A stretch of DNA of 64,000 bases from Escherichia coli (GCF_003991155.1 NZ_CP031297.1); one strand, 5' to 3'; numbered from the stretch's first letter, positions 44,316 through 53,673 are shown. Notes: generated by a model from the sequence alone, not told the origin. Numbers and translations: made by a program.

Positions 44316-45305
44316 ATGTCTGATAACAAATCTCTTGTAACCCGTATCGCAAGCCGGTTTGGCGTGGACACCCGAAAGTTCTATGAAACTTTGAAGGCGA
44401 CCGCATTCAAGCAGCGAGATGGAAGTGCCCCGACCGATGAGCAGATGATGACGCTCCTGATCGTGGCTGAACAGTACGGTTTGAACCCTTTCACTCGGGA
44501 AATCTATGCGTTTCCTGACAAGCAAAATGGGATCATTCCGGTAGTAGGTGTTGATGGTTGGAGCCGCATCATCAACGAGCATCCCCAGTATGATGGCGTC
44601 GAGTTCGTGTATTCGGACAAGATGGTCAGAATGCAGGGGGCGAAAGTTGACTGCCCTGAGTGGATTGAATGCGTGATTTACCGTAAGGACAGATCTCGCC
44701 CTATCCGCATCAAGGAGTTCATTGATGAGGTGTACCGTGAACCGTTTCAGGGTCAAGGTCGCAATGGTGCTTACACTGTTGATGGCCCCTGGCAAACGCA
44801 CACCAAGCGTCAACTCCGGCACAAGTCGCTGATCCAGTGTTCTCGTGTCGCATTTGGTTTCTCTGGTATTTATGACCAGGATGAAGCTGAACGCATCCGT
44901 GAAATGGAGCAGGCATCGGCCATTAACCCGGCTATTGCCAATCTCCCTTCACCATCTCAAGTTCAAAGCCAAGAGCCTTTGGCTATTGAGCACAAAGAGC
45001 TTGACCCGATCCTAACCAAACTCGCAAATCGCGCCATTGCTGAAAACGCATGGTCTGCGGCGCATGAGTATGTGAAGGGACGGTATGAAGGTTCGGAACT
45101 GCAATATGCGACTCAATTCCTTCGTGACAAGGAGATGGATCAAATGGAGCCTCCGAAACCTGACTACCAGGAAGCGCACGAGCAAGAGTCCGCCGCTGGT
45201 GGTTCTGCAAATGCTGAACCTGGTGCCGAAGAAATGCCGCCTTTGAGTGACGAGGACATGATCCCTGTTACAGAAGAGGAGGGCGCGGAAGGCAGTTACT
45301 ACTAA
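44316..45305 (+). CDS. bet: single-strand annealing recombinase (RecT/Redbeta-type)
   Basis: 329 aa; LIVAEQYGLNPFTREIYAFPDKQNGIIPVVGVDGW pattern; sits between ssb and exo. Confidence 0.8.
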   Translation: MSDNKSLVTRIASRFGVDTRKFYETLKATAFKQRDGSAPTDEQMMTLLIVAEQYGLNPFTREIYAFPDKQNGIIPVVGVDGWSRIINEHPQYDGVEFVYSDKMVRMQGAKVDCPEWIECVIYRKDRSRPIRIKEFIDEVYREPFQGQGRNGAYTVDGPWQTHTKRQLRHKSLIQCSRVAFGFSGIYDQDEAERIREMEQASAINPAIANLPSPSQVQSQEPLAIEHKELDPILTKLANRAIAENAWSAAHEYVKGRYEGSELQYATQFLRDKEMDQMEPPKPDYQEAHEQESAAGGSANAEPGAEEMPPLSDEDMIPVTEEEGAEGSYY

Positions 45306-45367
45306 CCCCAACGGGGGGGACTCCCCCGCTGGGGGAGATCTCCCTCCTAACCATTGGAGAGAGGTCC

Positions 45368-46378
45368 ATGAAAATAGTCAACCTATCGCAACGCGAGGAA
45401 GATTGGCTTGATTGGCGGCGTCAAGGTGTAACAGCCACTGACGCCGCTATCCTGCTCAATCGGTCTCCGTACAAAACACGATGGAGACTGTGGGCCGAGA
45501 AGACTGGGTATGCGCGTGAAGTCGATCTGAGTCTTAATCCGCTGGTTCGCCGGGGGATAGAAAACGAAGATGCTGCAAGACGCGCTTTCGAGGAGAAGTA
45601 TGATGACATGCTGCTCCCCGCCTGTGTCGAATCGGTTCAATACCCGCTCATGAGGGCCTCCCTGGATGGCCTGAGAGATAACGGGGAGCCCGTCGAGCTG
45701 AAAAGCCCGAGTGCGACTGTCTGGGAAGATGTTTGTGCTGAGAAAGCAAACAGCAAGGCATACCAGCTTTATTACCCGCAGGTGCAACACCAGCTCCTGG
45801 TAACGGGGGCCAAGCAAGGCTGGTTAGTCTTCTACTTTGAAGGTCAGATTCAGGAGTTTCCAATACTCCGAGACGAAGCCATGATTCAAGAAATCTTGGC
45901 CGAGGCTAAAAAGTTCTGGCAACAGGTAGTAGACAAGAAGGAGCCCGACAAAGATCCAGAGAGAGACCTGTACATACCGCAAGGTGAAGAGGTCAACCGT
46001 TGGATTGCTGCTGCTGAGGAATACCGCCTCTATGATGCAGAGATTCAGGAGCTGAAACAGCGACTGTCTGAGCTTCAAGAAAGGCAAAAGCCTCATCTCG
46101 ACACCATGAAGTCCCTCATGGGGGAATACTTCCATGCCGACTACTGCGGTGTGATGGTAACGAGATACAAAGCGGCTGGCCGGGTAGACTACAAAAAGCT
46201 GTTGGCTGATAAGGCGTCAGGCGTGAAGCCTGAGGATGTTGACCAGTACAGAGAGAAGTCATCAGAGCGGTGCCGTGTAACGGTTACTGGCTCTGTGAAG
46301 CCACGGTACATTGTTGATGAGGACGTGCTTGCTCCTCTTGATGATTTGCCGGAAGAAGTAGAGACGTTCTACTGGTGA
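45368..46378 (+). CDS. exo: YqaJ/lambda-Exo-like alkaline exonuclease
   Basis: 336 aa; N-terminal EEDWLDWRRQGVTATDAAILLNRSPYKT pattern; partner of bet. Confidence 0.8.
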   Translation: MKIVNLSQREEDWLDWRRQGVTATDAAILLNRSPYKTRWRLWAEKTGYAREVDLSLNPLVRRGIENEDAARRAFEEKYDDMLLPACVESVQYPLMRASLDGLRDNGEPVELKSPSATVWEDVCAEKANSKAYQLYYPQVQHQLLVTGAKQGWLVFYFEGQIQEFPILRDEAMIQEILAEAKKFWQQVVDKKEPDKDPERDLYIPQGEEVNRWIAAAEEYRLYDAEIQELKQRLSELQERQKPHLDTMKSLMGEYFHADYCGVMVTRYKAAGRVDYKKLLADKASGVKPEDVDQYREKSSERCRVTVTGSVKPRYIVDEDVLAPLDDLPEEVETFYW

Positions 46379-46435
46379 GTGGGGGATTTTCCCCCGCTTT
46401 CCCTTGGGGATTCTGGGAGTCTCCAACGGAAAGCA

Positions 46436-46556
46436 AGATTTTGTTCTCTTCGGAGAGCGAAAAGTGCGATAGCTGGTCGCCAAAAACAAACAGCAAATTA
46501 ACGTTAATTTACTAGCCCAACCGGGCGCATCCGCCCGGTTCGGGACGTGGTGCGCC
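46436..46556 (+). repeat. 121-bp perfect direct repeat, copy B
   Basis: Identical to 41601-41721. Confidence 0.9.
46464..46495 (+). promoter_or_regulatory. conserved stem-loop module copy 3 (GCGA/TCGC)
   Basis: Within repeat copy B; preceded by GGGGGattttCCCCC and the GCTTTCCC...CGGAAAGC pairing. Confidence 0.7.
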
Positions 46557-46577
46557 CCCAACTTTTTGGAGTGCATC
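46516..46577 (+). promoter_or_regulatory. structured gene leader
   Basis: Same hairpin as 41681. ggtgcgc (46549) pairs with gtgcatc (46571) via two G-U pairs, next to the ATG. Confidence 0.6.
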
Positions 46578-47855
46578 ATGACTAAAGTGAACCATCTACA
46601 AAGCCTCTGTGTTATCCACGTAGACTTTGACATCTGGAGTGGACAAACCCGTTTGTCTGCATCTGATCTCAAGCTGGGCGAGGGTGGTGAAATTCCACCT
46701 GAGAAAGTAGCTCAACTGGGAAGTAAGAAGATCTGTGATCCGGCTAAGCTGAAAGGCTTTCATCGCCTGAAAACAGAAACTCGTCGCCTCCTGCTGAAAT
46801 TCGGTATGCCGTTCATGAACGGATTTGCCGTACCCGTCAGCAAGACCGATGAAATCTGTAACAAGCTGAATGACATCAACTTTCAGTTTAACCAACTGAA
46901 ACAGGATTTCATCAAAGGTTACAACAAAGCCGTGGATGAATGGTGTCAGGAGAACCCTGAGTATGAACGAGCTATCCGTGCCGGAGCCCTTCCAAAGGAA
47001 ACGGTCGAGGAGCGGATTGGCTTTGAGTACCAGGTGTTCATGATCCAGCCTGTGAACGAAGATGAGGCCAACGCCAAACGCCTTAACCGCAAGGTTGAGC
47101 GCCTGGGTGACGATCTCATCTCCGAAGTGGTTCAGGAAGCGAATAAGTTCTATATGGAACGTTTGGCCGGTCGAGACCAATGTGCGGTCACTACTCGGCA
47201 GACACTCCGTAACATCCGCGACAAGGTGGATGGGCTTAGCTTCCTGAACAGCGCTTTTAACCCTCTGGTCAAGCTGCTCGACCAAACCCTCCGGGGATAC
47301 GAGCAACATGCCGATGGCCGAAACATCGTTGCGCCTTTCTTTTATCAGGTCGTGGCCGCAGTGCTGATCATGAGCGAGAGGGACCGCATCGAGCAGTATG
47401 CCAATGGCTCGATTACTGTAGAGGGCATGGCTAATGACATTGGCGGTTCGGGAGCCCAGATGGGGGACCGTTCTAAAGATGAAAAGGCCGAACAGAAAAG
47501 CGATAAAGCCGGTGAGCTTATCCCTGCAACAGAGGGTGGCGAAACCAAGCAGCAACAGGTAGGTGGTACTGAATCTGTTCAATCAGAACAGACTAACAGC
47601 GGTGGTAACTCTGTTGACCTGGATGAAGACATCGACAACTTCTTCAAGAGTTTTGCAGAACGAGGCGAGGGTGAATCGGAAGATGAATCCAATGCCGGTG
47701 ATGTGGTTCGAGAAGAGCGTGTTGATGTTGAGGATGAGCTGGTTTTGCCTGAGGAAACTCCGGTAGAGCAAGAGCCTGTCCAAGAGGAGACGACAGAGGA
47801 GCCTCTCAACCAGGAGCTGCCTAAAACTGACGACGATGGCGACTATTTCTTCTAA
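46578..47855 (+). CDS. hypothetical protein (possibly DUF3150-like partner of the CobS-like/vWA pair) with acidic tail ending DDDGDYFF
   Basis: 425 aa from an ATG after GGAG; C-terminal third strongly acidic. Confidence 0.5.
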   Translation: MTKVNHLQSLCVIHVDFDIWSGQTRLSASDLKLGEGGEIPPEKVAQLGSKKICDPAKLKGFHRLKTETRRLLLKFGMPFMNGFAVPVSKTDEICNKLNDINFQFNQLKQDFIKGYNKAVDEWCQENPEYERAIRAGALPKETVEERIGFEYQVFMIQPVNEDEANAKRLNRKVERLGDDLISEVVQEANKFYMERLAGRDQCAVTTRQTLRNIRDKVDGLSFLNSAFNPLVKLLDQTLRGYEQHADGRNIVAPFFYQVVAAVLIMSERDRIEQYANGSITVEGMANDIGGSGAQMGDRSKDEKAEQKSDKAGELIPATEGGETKQQQVGGTESVQSEQTNSGGNSVDLDEDIDNFFKSFAERGEGESEDESNAGDVVREERVDVEDELVLPEETPVEQEPVQEETTEEPLNQELPKTDDDGDYFF

Positions 47856-47939
47856 TAGTCACTTCAACTAAACCGACCCGGAGGGGATAGCCATTCCCTC
47901 CAGGGGTGGACTATCTCCTTCCCTACCAGGAGAAAAGAT

Positions 47940-49736
47940 ATGTCCAAAAAACGCACCATTTACAGCGCTCTACCAATCGTGGCCGCAGCCTATGGTGAAA
48001 AACTCGGTGTCAAAGTCGCCATCGGTAACGATGACGCATACACCGATGGTAAGACCATCGTGGTTCCGAATATCCCCGACGACTATCCTCACATGGATGC
48101 TGTCTGGGGGTATTTGGCCCATGAAGCAGCCCATGTCCGGTTTACGGACTTTGGTGTTGAGCGCCGCAGAGGTCTTCATGCTGAGTTGTCCAACGTTTTG
48201 GAGGACTGCCGCATAGAACGGGCCATGATGGAACTCTTCCCCGGTACGTCGCAGACCCTGAATGAGGTTGCTCGCTATATGGCTCAAGCTGGTCATTACG
48301 AGCACGTCACAGACAAAGAGGCCCCTGCCTCCATTCTGACAGGGTTTTGTTTGTACTGGTTGCAAACCAAGGCTGTAGGGCAATCCGTCCTTCAACCCTA
48401 TCTCGATTCGGCTACCCCCGTATTCGAGCGCGTGTTCCCTCAGGGTGTTGTTGTTCGGCTGAACGCTTTACTGCGTAAGGCTGTGAACACTAAGTCAACC
48501 GCAGAGGTGACATCCTTGGCCGACCAAATCATCAAGATGATCGAGGAGGAAAAGGAGAAAGAAGAGCAAAAGCCCCAGAATGGTCAGGATGGTAACAACC
48601 AGCAGAATGCTGGTGGCAACCAACCTCAGAACAGTCAGGGCGGAAGTGGTAACGATCAAAACCAAGGGCCTGATGCCAATGGTGGTGATCAGCAAGGTAA
48701 AGACCAGAAGCAAGACGATGCTAACGGGAAATCTGATCCGAAAGGACAGGGCGACCAAGGCAAGTCGGATACTGATGGTGGCAGCAAGGCAGGACAAAGC
48801 CAGGCTGGTGGCAATTCTGACGCGGCGAAACAAGACGCGGCCAAAATGCTCCAGCAGGTTCTGAATGCCGGTGCCGGTGATTTGCGTGGTGACGCGCATG
48901 ATGCACTTAAAGCCGAGCTCAACCGGGTGGCTCAAGATAAGGGGGACAGTAGCTATATGACTGTTCGCTCTGCTGTGAACACCCAGGACAACCCTGCTGT
49001 TGGCAAAAGCCTGGTAGGGGATGTGAAGAGCACCACTTCAAAGATAAGAACGCAGCTCTACGGATTGGTCCAGGCCAGCCAGCGAGTTGCTCACCGTAAC
49101 CAACGATCAGGGAAGCGTGTGGATGCTCGGAAACTACATCGTGTAGTGACGGGTGATACCCGCGTATTCCTCAAGCCAGAAGCCAAGAAACGCCCTAATA
49201 CGGCGGTTCACATCCTGGTTGATATGAGCTCCTCGATGGCCTACAAGGCCGCCAATGGAAAGGAGCGTCAAGACATTGCGCGGGAAGCGTCCTTGGCTAT
49301 TTCGATGGCTCTGGAAGCAATACCCGGCGTAAACCCGGCAGTCACCTTTTTTGGTGGCAACCGGAACCAGCCAGTGTTCAGTGTCGTGAAGCATGGAGAT
49401 ACGGTTCAGAATCGGGCCGGTCGGTTTGGGTTCAAAGCAACTGGCGGTACGCCTATGGCGGAAGCTATGTGGTATGCAGCTTTTGAACTCACCAAGACCC
49501 GTGAAGAGCGAAAAATGTTGATCGTAGTGACTGACGGGCAGCCTCAAAGAGCCCCGGCATGTCGCTCAGTGATTGACCTCTGTGAACGAAGCGATGTTGA
49601 GGTGATCGGCATAGGGGTAGAGACTACCGCAGTGTCAGGACTGTTCCAAAAGAACATTGTCATTGATGATGCGGCAGCTCTGCAACGCACACTGTTTAAG
49701 TTGATGGAGCGGTCATTGACTGCTTTTGCAGCTTAA
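47940..49736 (+). CDS. vWA-domain protein (CobT-like) with N-terminal HExxH motif
   Basis: 598 aa; LAHEAAHV; Gln/Gly/Asp-rich linker; MIDAS-like VDMSSSM and GGTPMAEA. Confidence 0.7.
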   Translation: MSKKRTIYSALPIVAAAYGEKLGVKVAIGNDDAYTDGKTIVVPNIPDDYPHMDAVWGYLAHEAAHVRFTDFGVERRRGLHAELSNVLEDCRIERAMMELFPGTSQTLNEVARYMAQAGHYEHVTDKEAPASILTGFCLYWLQTKAVGQSVLQPYLDSATPVFERVFPQGVVVRLNALLRKAVNTKSTAEVTSLADQIIKMIEEEKEKEEQKPQNGQDGNNQQNAGGNQPQNSQGGSGNDQNQGPDANGGDQQGKDQKQDDANGKSDPKGQGDQGKSDTDGGSKAGQSQAGGNSDAAKQDAAKMLQQVLNAGAGDLRGDAHDALKAELNRVAQDKGDSSYMTVRSAVNTQDNPAVGKSLVGDVKSTTSKIRTQLYGLVQASQRVAHRNQRSGKRVDARKLHRVVTGDTRVFLKPEAKKRPNTAVHILVDMSSSMAYKAANGKERQDIAREASLAISMALEAIPGVNPAVTFFGGNRNQPVFSVVKHGDTVQNRAGRFGFKATGGTPMAEAMWYAAFELTKTREERKMLIVVTDGQPQRAPACRSVIDLCERSDVEVIGIGVETTAVSGLFQKNIVIDDAAALQRTLFKLMERSLTAFAA

Positions 49737-49754
49737 CAGGAAGTGAAACGACAA

Positions 49755-49788
49755 ACGGCTATCCCTTCGGGGGTGGCCGTTTTTATTT
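49755..49788 (+). terminator. intrinsic terminator
   Basis: ACGGCTATCCC-ttcg-GGGGTGGCCGT followed by ttttattt. Confidence 0.7.
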
Positions 49789-49797
49789 GGAGAGTCT

Positions 49798-50133
49798 ATG
49801 AACCAATTCCATTCATCTTTGGATTTGTATCATCGGAACAAAGGTAGAAGGGCTACAGTGCCGGAGACGCCTTTTTTACTGCTTGCTAAGCGCATTCCTC
49901 CGATGTACTGGAGACTGTTCCAGGGTGTTACTTTGGATAGTCGTATGGGATACACAGGCAGGCGGCAGTTCCACCGTCTTGGGCAAGCAATCGACTGGGC
50001 AAAGTCATCAGTTGGCGATTCCTGGTCAAATAAGCGCTTTCACAAGCCGGTAGGCCTCGATGTATTGCTGGCCTGTACTGCGAGTAAGGTGCCTGAACAT
50101 CTGGTCGAAGAACTGAAAAGACGGGGCAGTTGA
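49798..50133 (+). CDS. hypothetical basic protein (111 aa)
   Basis: GGAGAG upstream. Confidence 0.4.
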   Translation: MNQFHSSLDLYHRNKGRRATVPETPFLLLAKRIPPMYWRLFQGVTLDSRMGYTGRRQFHRLGQAIDWAKSSVGDSWSNKRFHKPVGLDVLLACTASKVPEHLVEELKRRGS

Positions 50134-50149
50134 TGCGTCTTTGAGCTTT

Positions 50150-50174
50150 GCACCCGAAAAGGGCAGTTTGAGCG
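50150..50174 (+). promoter_or_regulatory. AcaCD/SetCD-type box
   Basis: gcacccgaaaagggcagtttgagcg. Confidence 0.5.
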
Positions 50175-50295
50175 TTCCTGTTCACACAGCTCTCGTGGAA
50201 CAATCAAAGTGAGGAGGGAATACCCTCCCACTTTCTCAGAGGCCTTCATTGAGGGTTGCTGAGAAAGTGAATTTTGTCCTCTCTGAGGGCGAAAC

Positions 50296-50327
50296 GTGCG
50301 ATAGCTGGTCGCCAAAAACAAACAGCA
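50296..50327 (+). promoter_or_regulatory. conserved stem-loop module copy 4 (GCGA/TCGC)
   Basis: gtGCGAtagctggTCGCcaaaaacaaacagca. Confidence 0.7.
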
Positions 50328-50397
50328 TTCAACCTCAGCCTAAGGGCGCACTGCGCCTGACAGGCTCTGTGTGCCCAAGTTACTTTAAGGAGCACAC

Positions 50398-50937
50398 ATG
50401 TCTCATCTGAACAATCTCAAATCCGTAATGATCTCTCTCGCCGCCGAACATAAGCTGCCTGAAATCTACCAGGATGACATCACTACCGATGTGGAGTCTC
50501 TGGATCGATTCGATGGTTTACGTCTGGTCTGGCTGTTGCGGTCTTGCGGCAGCGTATTGGTGCCAGCGGAAGTTGGCGTTAATCCGATCTATATCACCCA
50601 TTGGTTGTGGTCTAACCACGGTCAACAGGTGGTTCCATTCTCTGTGGATACCCGCACGGGGTTGATTGAAAAAATCGACTTCGAGCAAGCTGAAAAGCTG
50701 ATCATGCAGATGCCTTGCAACCTCTCTTCATTGCAGAACAAGGAATACTTGGTTGACCAGGTAAACCGAGTATTGCAACGAGGTTGTGAAATGCGTATCT
50801 GGGGTATCTTCGAGTCTCCAAGCTCGGTGGAATCCGTTGGTGGTTGGAAAGAGTGGCAGAGCTATTTCAGCTCTACTGGGAATCGACTGATGGCCGATTT
50901 CGTTGGTAAAGCCATTCGATTCACCAACCCTCGATAA
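50398..50937 (+). CDS. hypothetical protein (179 aa)
   Basis: AAGGAGCACACATG leader; gtgtgc upstream is complementary to gcacac. Confidence 0.5.
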   Translation: MSHLNNLKSVMISLAAEHKLPEIYQDDITTDVESLDRFDGLRLVWLLRSCGSVLVPAEVGVNPIYITHWLWSNHGQQVVPFSVDTRTGLIEKIDFEQAEKLIMQMPCNLSSLQNKEYLVDQVNRVLQRGCEMRIWGIFESPSSVESVGGWKEWQSYFSSTGNRLMADFVGKAIRFTNPR

Positions 50938-51027
50938 ATCGCCGTTCAACCATTAACCCTAATTAACCCTATGGGGCTCCGATAGCCCTGAGGGGACGGG
51001 GCTCCGCAATCGCAATAAGGAGTCCCT

Positions 51028-51528
51028 ATGAAAAACCTATCAGCTTTGGAAGCAGTTCTTGACTACGACAAACCTTCTCGACGTTTTCTTGATGAGCTCA
51101 ACGAAAACCAGATGAAGGATTTGTCCGGGGAAATCTTCGCCAAGCTCTACTGGAGCAAGCGTAATCCCCAGTGGTACGAGAAAGACACCAATCGGCTGTT
51201 TGCACGACTTCGTTGGGTTCAGCGCATCATCAAGAAGCGCTTGAAAACCGGCAAGGTTAAACCTGAACTGACAGAAAATGGTTCAGTGATGGAGCGCTTC
51301 AACTTCCCTTATGGTGACACTCTCGATTTCTTCCATCGGTACTTGCGACATCCCAAATGGGAGGTTGTGTATCAAGAATCGGGGTGCAGTGCCTTTTGGA
51401 AAAATGAAGCAACGCTTGAGCTATGCACCTACTGCGAAGGTGATGTGGTCATGATGAAGGCTCCTGATGAAGCAACCTTCTTTCGTGATTGCAATCGCCT
51501 TAGCTGGTGGTATGCAGATAACGCTTGA
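51028..51528 (+). CDS. hypothetical protein (166 aa)
   Basis: AAGGAG upstream; structured leader. Confidence 0.5.
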   Translation: MKNLSALEAVLDYDKPSRRFLDELNENQMKDLSGEIFAKLYWSKRNPQWYEKDTNRLFARLRWVQRIIKKRLKTGKVKPELTENGSVMERFNFPYGDTLDFFHRYLRHPKWEVVYQESGCSAFWKNEATLELCTYCEGDVVMMKAPDEATFFRDCNRLSWWYADNA

Positions 51529-51601
51529 TCTTAATCCCTAACCAGGGGCGAACCGGCCCCTGATGGGAGCATGGTGCGCCCCATCTATGATGGAGGACGC
51601 C

Positions 51602-52486
51602 ATGTTCAAATCATCAGTATGCTCCTACGAAAACAGGGGGCCTTACGGAAACAACAAGTACCGAGGCAACTGCTCGGGCTTTATCGTTAAAGACTTCATT
51701 GAGTCTTACATGAGAAAGCCGAACGGGCTGGTGGCAGACCCAAGTGTTGGGGGTGGCTCTAGCATCGACGTTGCCAATGAACTTGGTGTCCGTTTCAAAG
51801 GGACAGACTTGCATCAGGGGTTCAACCTGTTGCGGGATGACTTCCTTTCGTTCCTCGGAGAGCCTGCACACCTGATCTGGTGGCACCCTCCTTACTGGGA
51901 CATGATCCAGTATTCAGGTAAGCAGTGGGGCGAGCCCAACAAATGGGATATGAGCCGCATGAATTTGCCTGAGTTCGTTGAAGCCCTTGAGCTGGCCGTT
52001 ATGAATATTCATGACGCCTGTGAGCGAGGAGGGCATTACGGAATCCTCATGGGAAACCTGAGGCGCGATGGGGATTATTTCAACCTGTCCAGCCTTGTGG
52101 AACGTATCGCACCTGGGAAGCTGGTGGATGAGATCATCAAAACACAGCACAACTGTGTGAGTGACCGAACTCAGTATTCCGGGAAGCTGGTGCGTATCGC
52201 CCATGAAAAGCTGTTGGTGTTTCGTCGTAACGACGTTGCCTCATCGCTCTGTCTTCTTGCTGCCGTACACCGTCGAGCAACCAATATGGTTTCGACTACG
52301 TGGAAAGCTGCAATACGCCGAACCCTACAGGGGAAAACGTTGAAGCTGGAGCAGATTTACAAAGAGATTGAACCCTACGCAAAGCATCGAGAGAACAACC
52401 ACTGGCAAGCAAAGGTCAGGCAAGTTCTTCAAGATGCCAGGTTCTTTATTCGCATCGAGGTAGGTGTCTATGCACTTGCTGAGTAG
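51602..52486 (+). CDS. amino (N6-adenine or N4-cytosine) DNA methyltransferase, orphan
   Basis: Trimmed to MFKSSV... after GGAGGA; DPSVGGGSS (SAM motif) and WWHPPYW (xPPY catalytic motif). Confidence 0.55.
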   Translation: MFKSSVCSYENRGPYGNNKYRGNCSGFIVKDFIESYMRKPNGLVADPSVGGGSSIDVANELGVRFKGTDLHQGFNLLRDDFLSFLGEPAHLIWWHPPYWDMIQYSGKQWGEPNKWDMSRMNLPEFVEALELAVMNIHDACERGGHYGILMGNLRRDGDYFNLSSLVERIAPGKLVDEIIKTQHNCVSDRTQYSGKLVRIAHEKLLVFRRNDVASSLCLLAAVHRRATNMVSTTWKAAIRRTLQGKTLKLEQIYKEIEPYAKHRENNHWQAKVRQVLQDARFFIRIEVGVYALAE

Positions 52487-52551
52487 CCCAACCGGGGCGT
52501 GACATCCCGGAGGGGATTGGTCGCGCTCATCAACAACAAAGGAGCGTGACC
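52487..52551 (+). promoter_or_regulatory. structured gene leader
   Basis: CCGGGGcgtgacatCCCGG. ggtcgcgctc (52519) is complementary to gagcgtgacc (52542). Loop gcgtgacat (52497) mimics the SD-start segment. Confidence 0.65.
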
Positions 52552-52776
52552 ATGAACGTACAACTTCAAGCCAGCAACAATGTGCTGTTGGCGCAAATCG
52601 AAAGCAAAGGCCTCACTGTTGAAACGCATTGTCGCAGTGGCTTTTGTGGCATGTGCCGGGTTCGTCTACTCGAAGGTCAAGTGGCTTATGACGAGACGCC
52701 CATCGCATTTGTCAAAGAAGGGGAAGTGTTGGTTTGCTGCGCTAAAGCAAAAACCGATGTGACCTTGGAAATTTAA
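52552..52776 (+). CDS. YfaE-like 2Fe-2S ferredoxin
   Basis: 74 aa; CRSGFCGMCRVRLLEGQV...GEVLVCCAKAKTD parallels the E. coli YfaE Cys pattern (from memory). Confidence 0.6.
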   Translation: MNVQLQASNNVLLAQIESKGLTVETHCRSGFCGMCRVRLLEGQVAYDETPIAFVKEGEVLVCCAKAKTDVTLEI

Positions 52777-52837
52777 CCCATCCGGAGGAGCCTTTCCTGC
52801 GGGTGGGGCTCCTCTATCCATTACGAGGAGAAACACT
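52777..52837 (+). promoter_or_regulatory. structured gene leader
   Basis: ggaggagc (52784) in the hairpin, anti-SD gctcctc (52808), SD gaggag (52825). Confidence 0.65.
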
Positions 52838-53227
52838 ATGTCTATCAATACCAAAGTTGAACAAATCGCATACGGTCATGCTACCGCTCTAGTGCTCAGT
52901 GAACTGGGCCAACAAGAGAATTGGTGCAAGGCTTATGAGTATTTGTCTGAGTGTGTAGAACGGGGAGACGAACCTGAGGATCTGGTCGTTTGGCAACCGT
53001 TTGAGCACTGGGAATGGAAAGACATTCTGGAGCAGATCGAGAGCGAAGCCGAGTCTCTGCTTTCGACTATTAAGTCGGTTTTAGGCTTGGCCCACAAAGG
53101 CATCATTCAGTCAGCAATTGACTGCTCTCTGGATTCGGACATGACCCAGCTTGACCTGATTGGAATGGTCGAGCTCGGAAGTGAAATCGAAGATGGGGAG
53201 TGTGCTGGAGGTGGCTATGCAGCTTAA
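52838..53227 (+). CDS. strongly acidic small protein (129 aa)
   Basis: D/E residues far outnumber K/R by eye. Confidence 0.45.
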   Translation: MSINTKVEQIAYGHATALVLSELGQQENWCKAYEYLSECVERGDEPEDLVVWQPFEHWEWKDILEQIESEAESLLSTIKSVLGLAHKGIIQSAIDCSLDSDMTQLDLIGMVELGSEIEDGECAGGGYAA

Positions 53228-53669
53228 CCGATACACGGCCAGGGAGTCTGACAAAAGTCGGATACTTCGGACCATAGGCTGGTGCAAGCGCAACCACCTT
53301 ACACTTGCCGGTCTTCCATACGAGGACAATCTTGCAGGAAGTGATGGGATCAGCATAGAGATCATCACTCCTCCTGGTATGTCGCGGGAAATGTTGGAGC
53401 AAGCCGTCAGAGAGGGGTATTCAGAGCGAGATGTCGTAAGGCATCGCATTCTGGAGTGCCCTGTCGGTTGGTTCATGGAAGCTGATGGCAAGGCATTTGA
53501 TCATGAAGTGTTCCACGATTACGTGGTGGCTCATGGTTATGGCGAACCTTCCAGCGAAGCCTATGAGCTGGCGGAGCGGTGGTTCTGGCAGGGCAACGAT
53601 TATGCGTTGATAGCTGCGGAAATAGTTGCTCGTGATCTTTGTGTTCGTGATGACGAAGATGAGGACTGA
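53217..53669 (+). CDS. hypothetical protein (150 aa) ending DDEDED
   Basis: Trimmed to MQLNRYTARE... after GGAGG; overlaps the upstream gene end. Confidence 0.45.
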   Translation: MQLNRYTARESDKSRILRTIGWCKRNHLTLAGLPYEDNLAGSDGISIEIITPPGMSREMLEQAVREGYSERDVVRHRILECPVGWFMEADGKAFDHEVFHDYVVAHGYGEPSSEAYELAERWFWQGNDYALIAAEIVARDLCVRDDEDED

Positions 53670-53673
53670 TCCT

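Noticed and set aside
46596..47582. 328-aa - strand ORF
   Set aside because: Antisense to the 46578-47855 gene, which has an SD and a structured leader. The array is otherwise strictly + strand; no SD is present.
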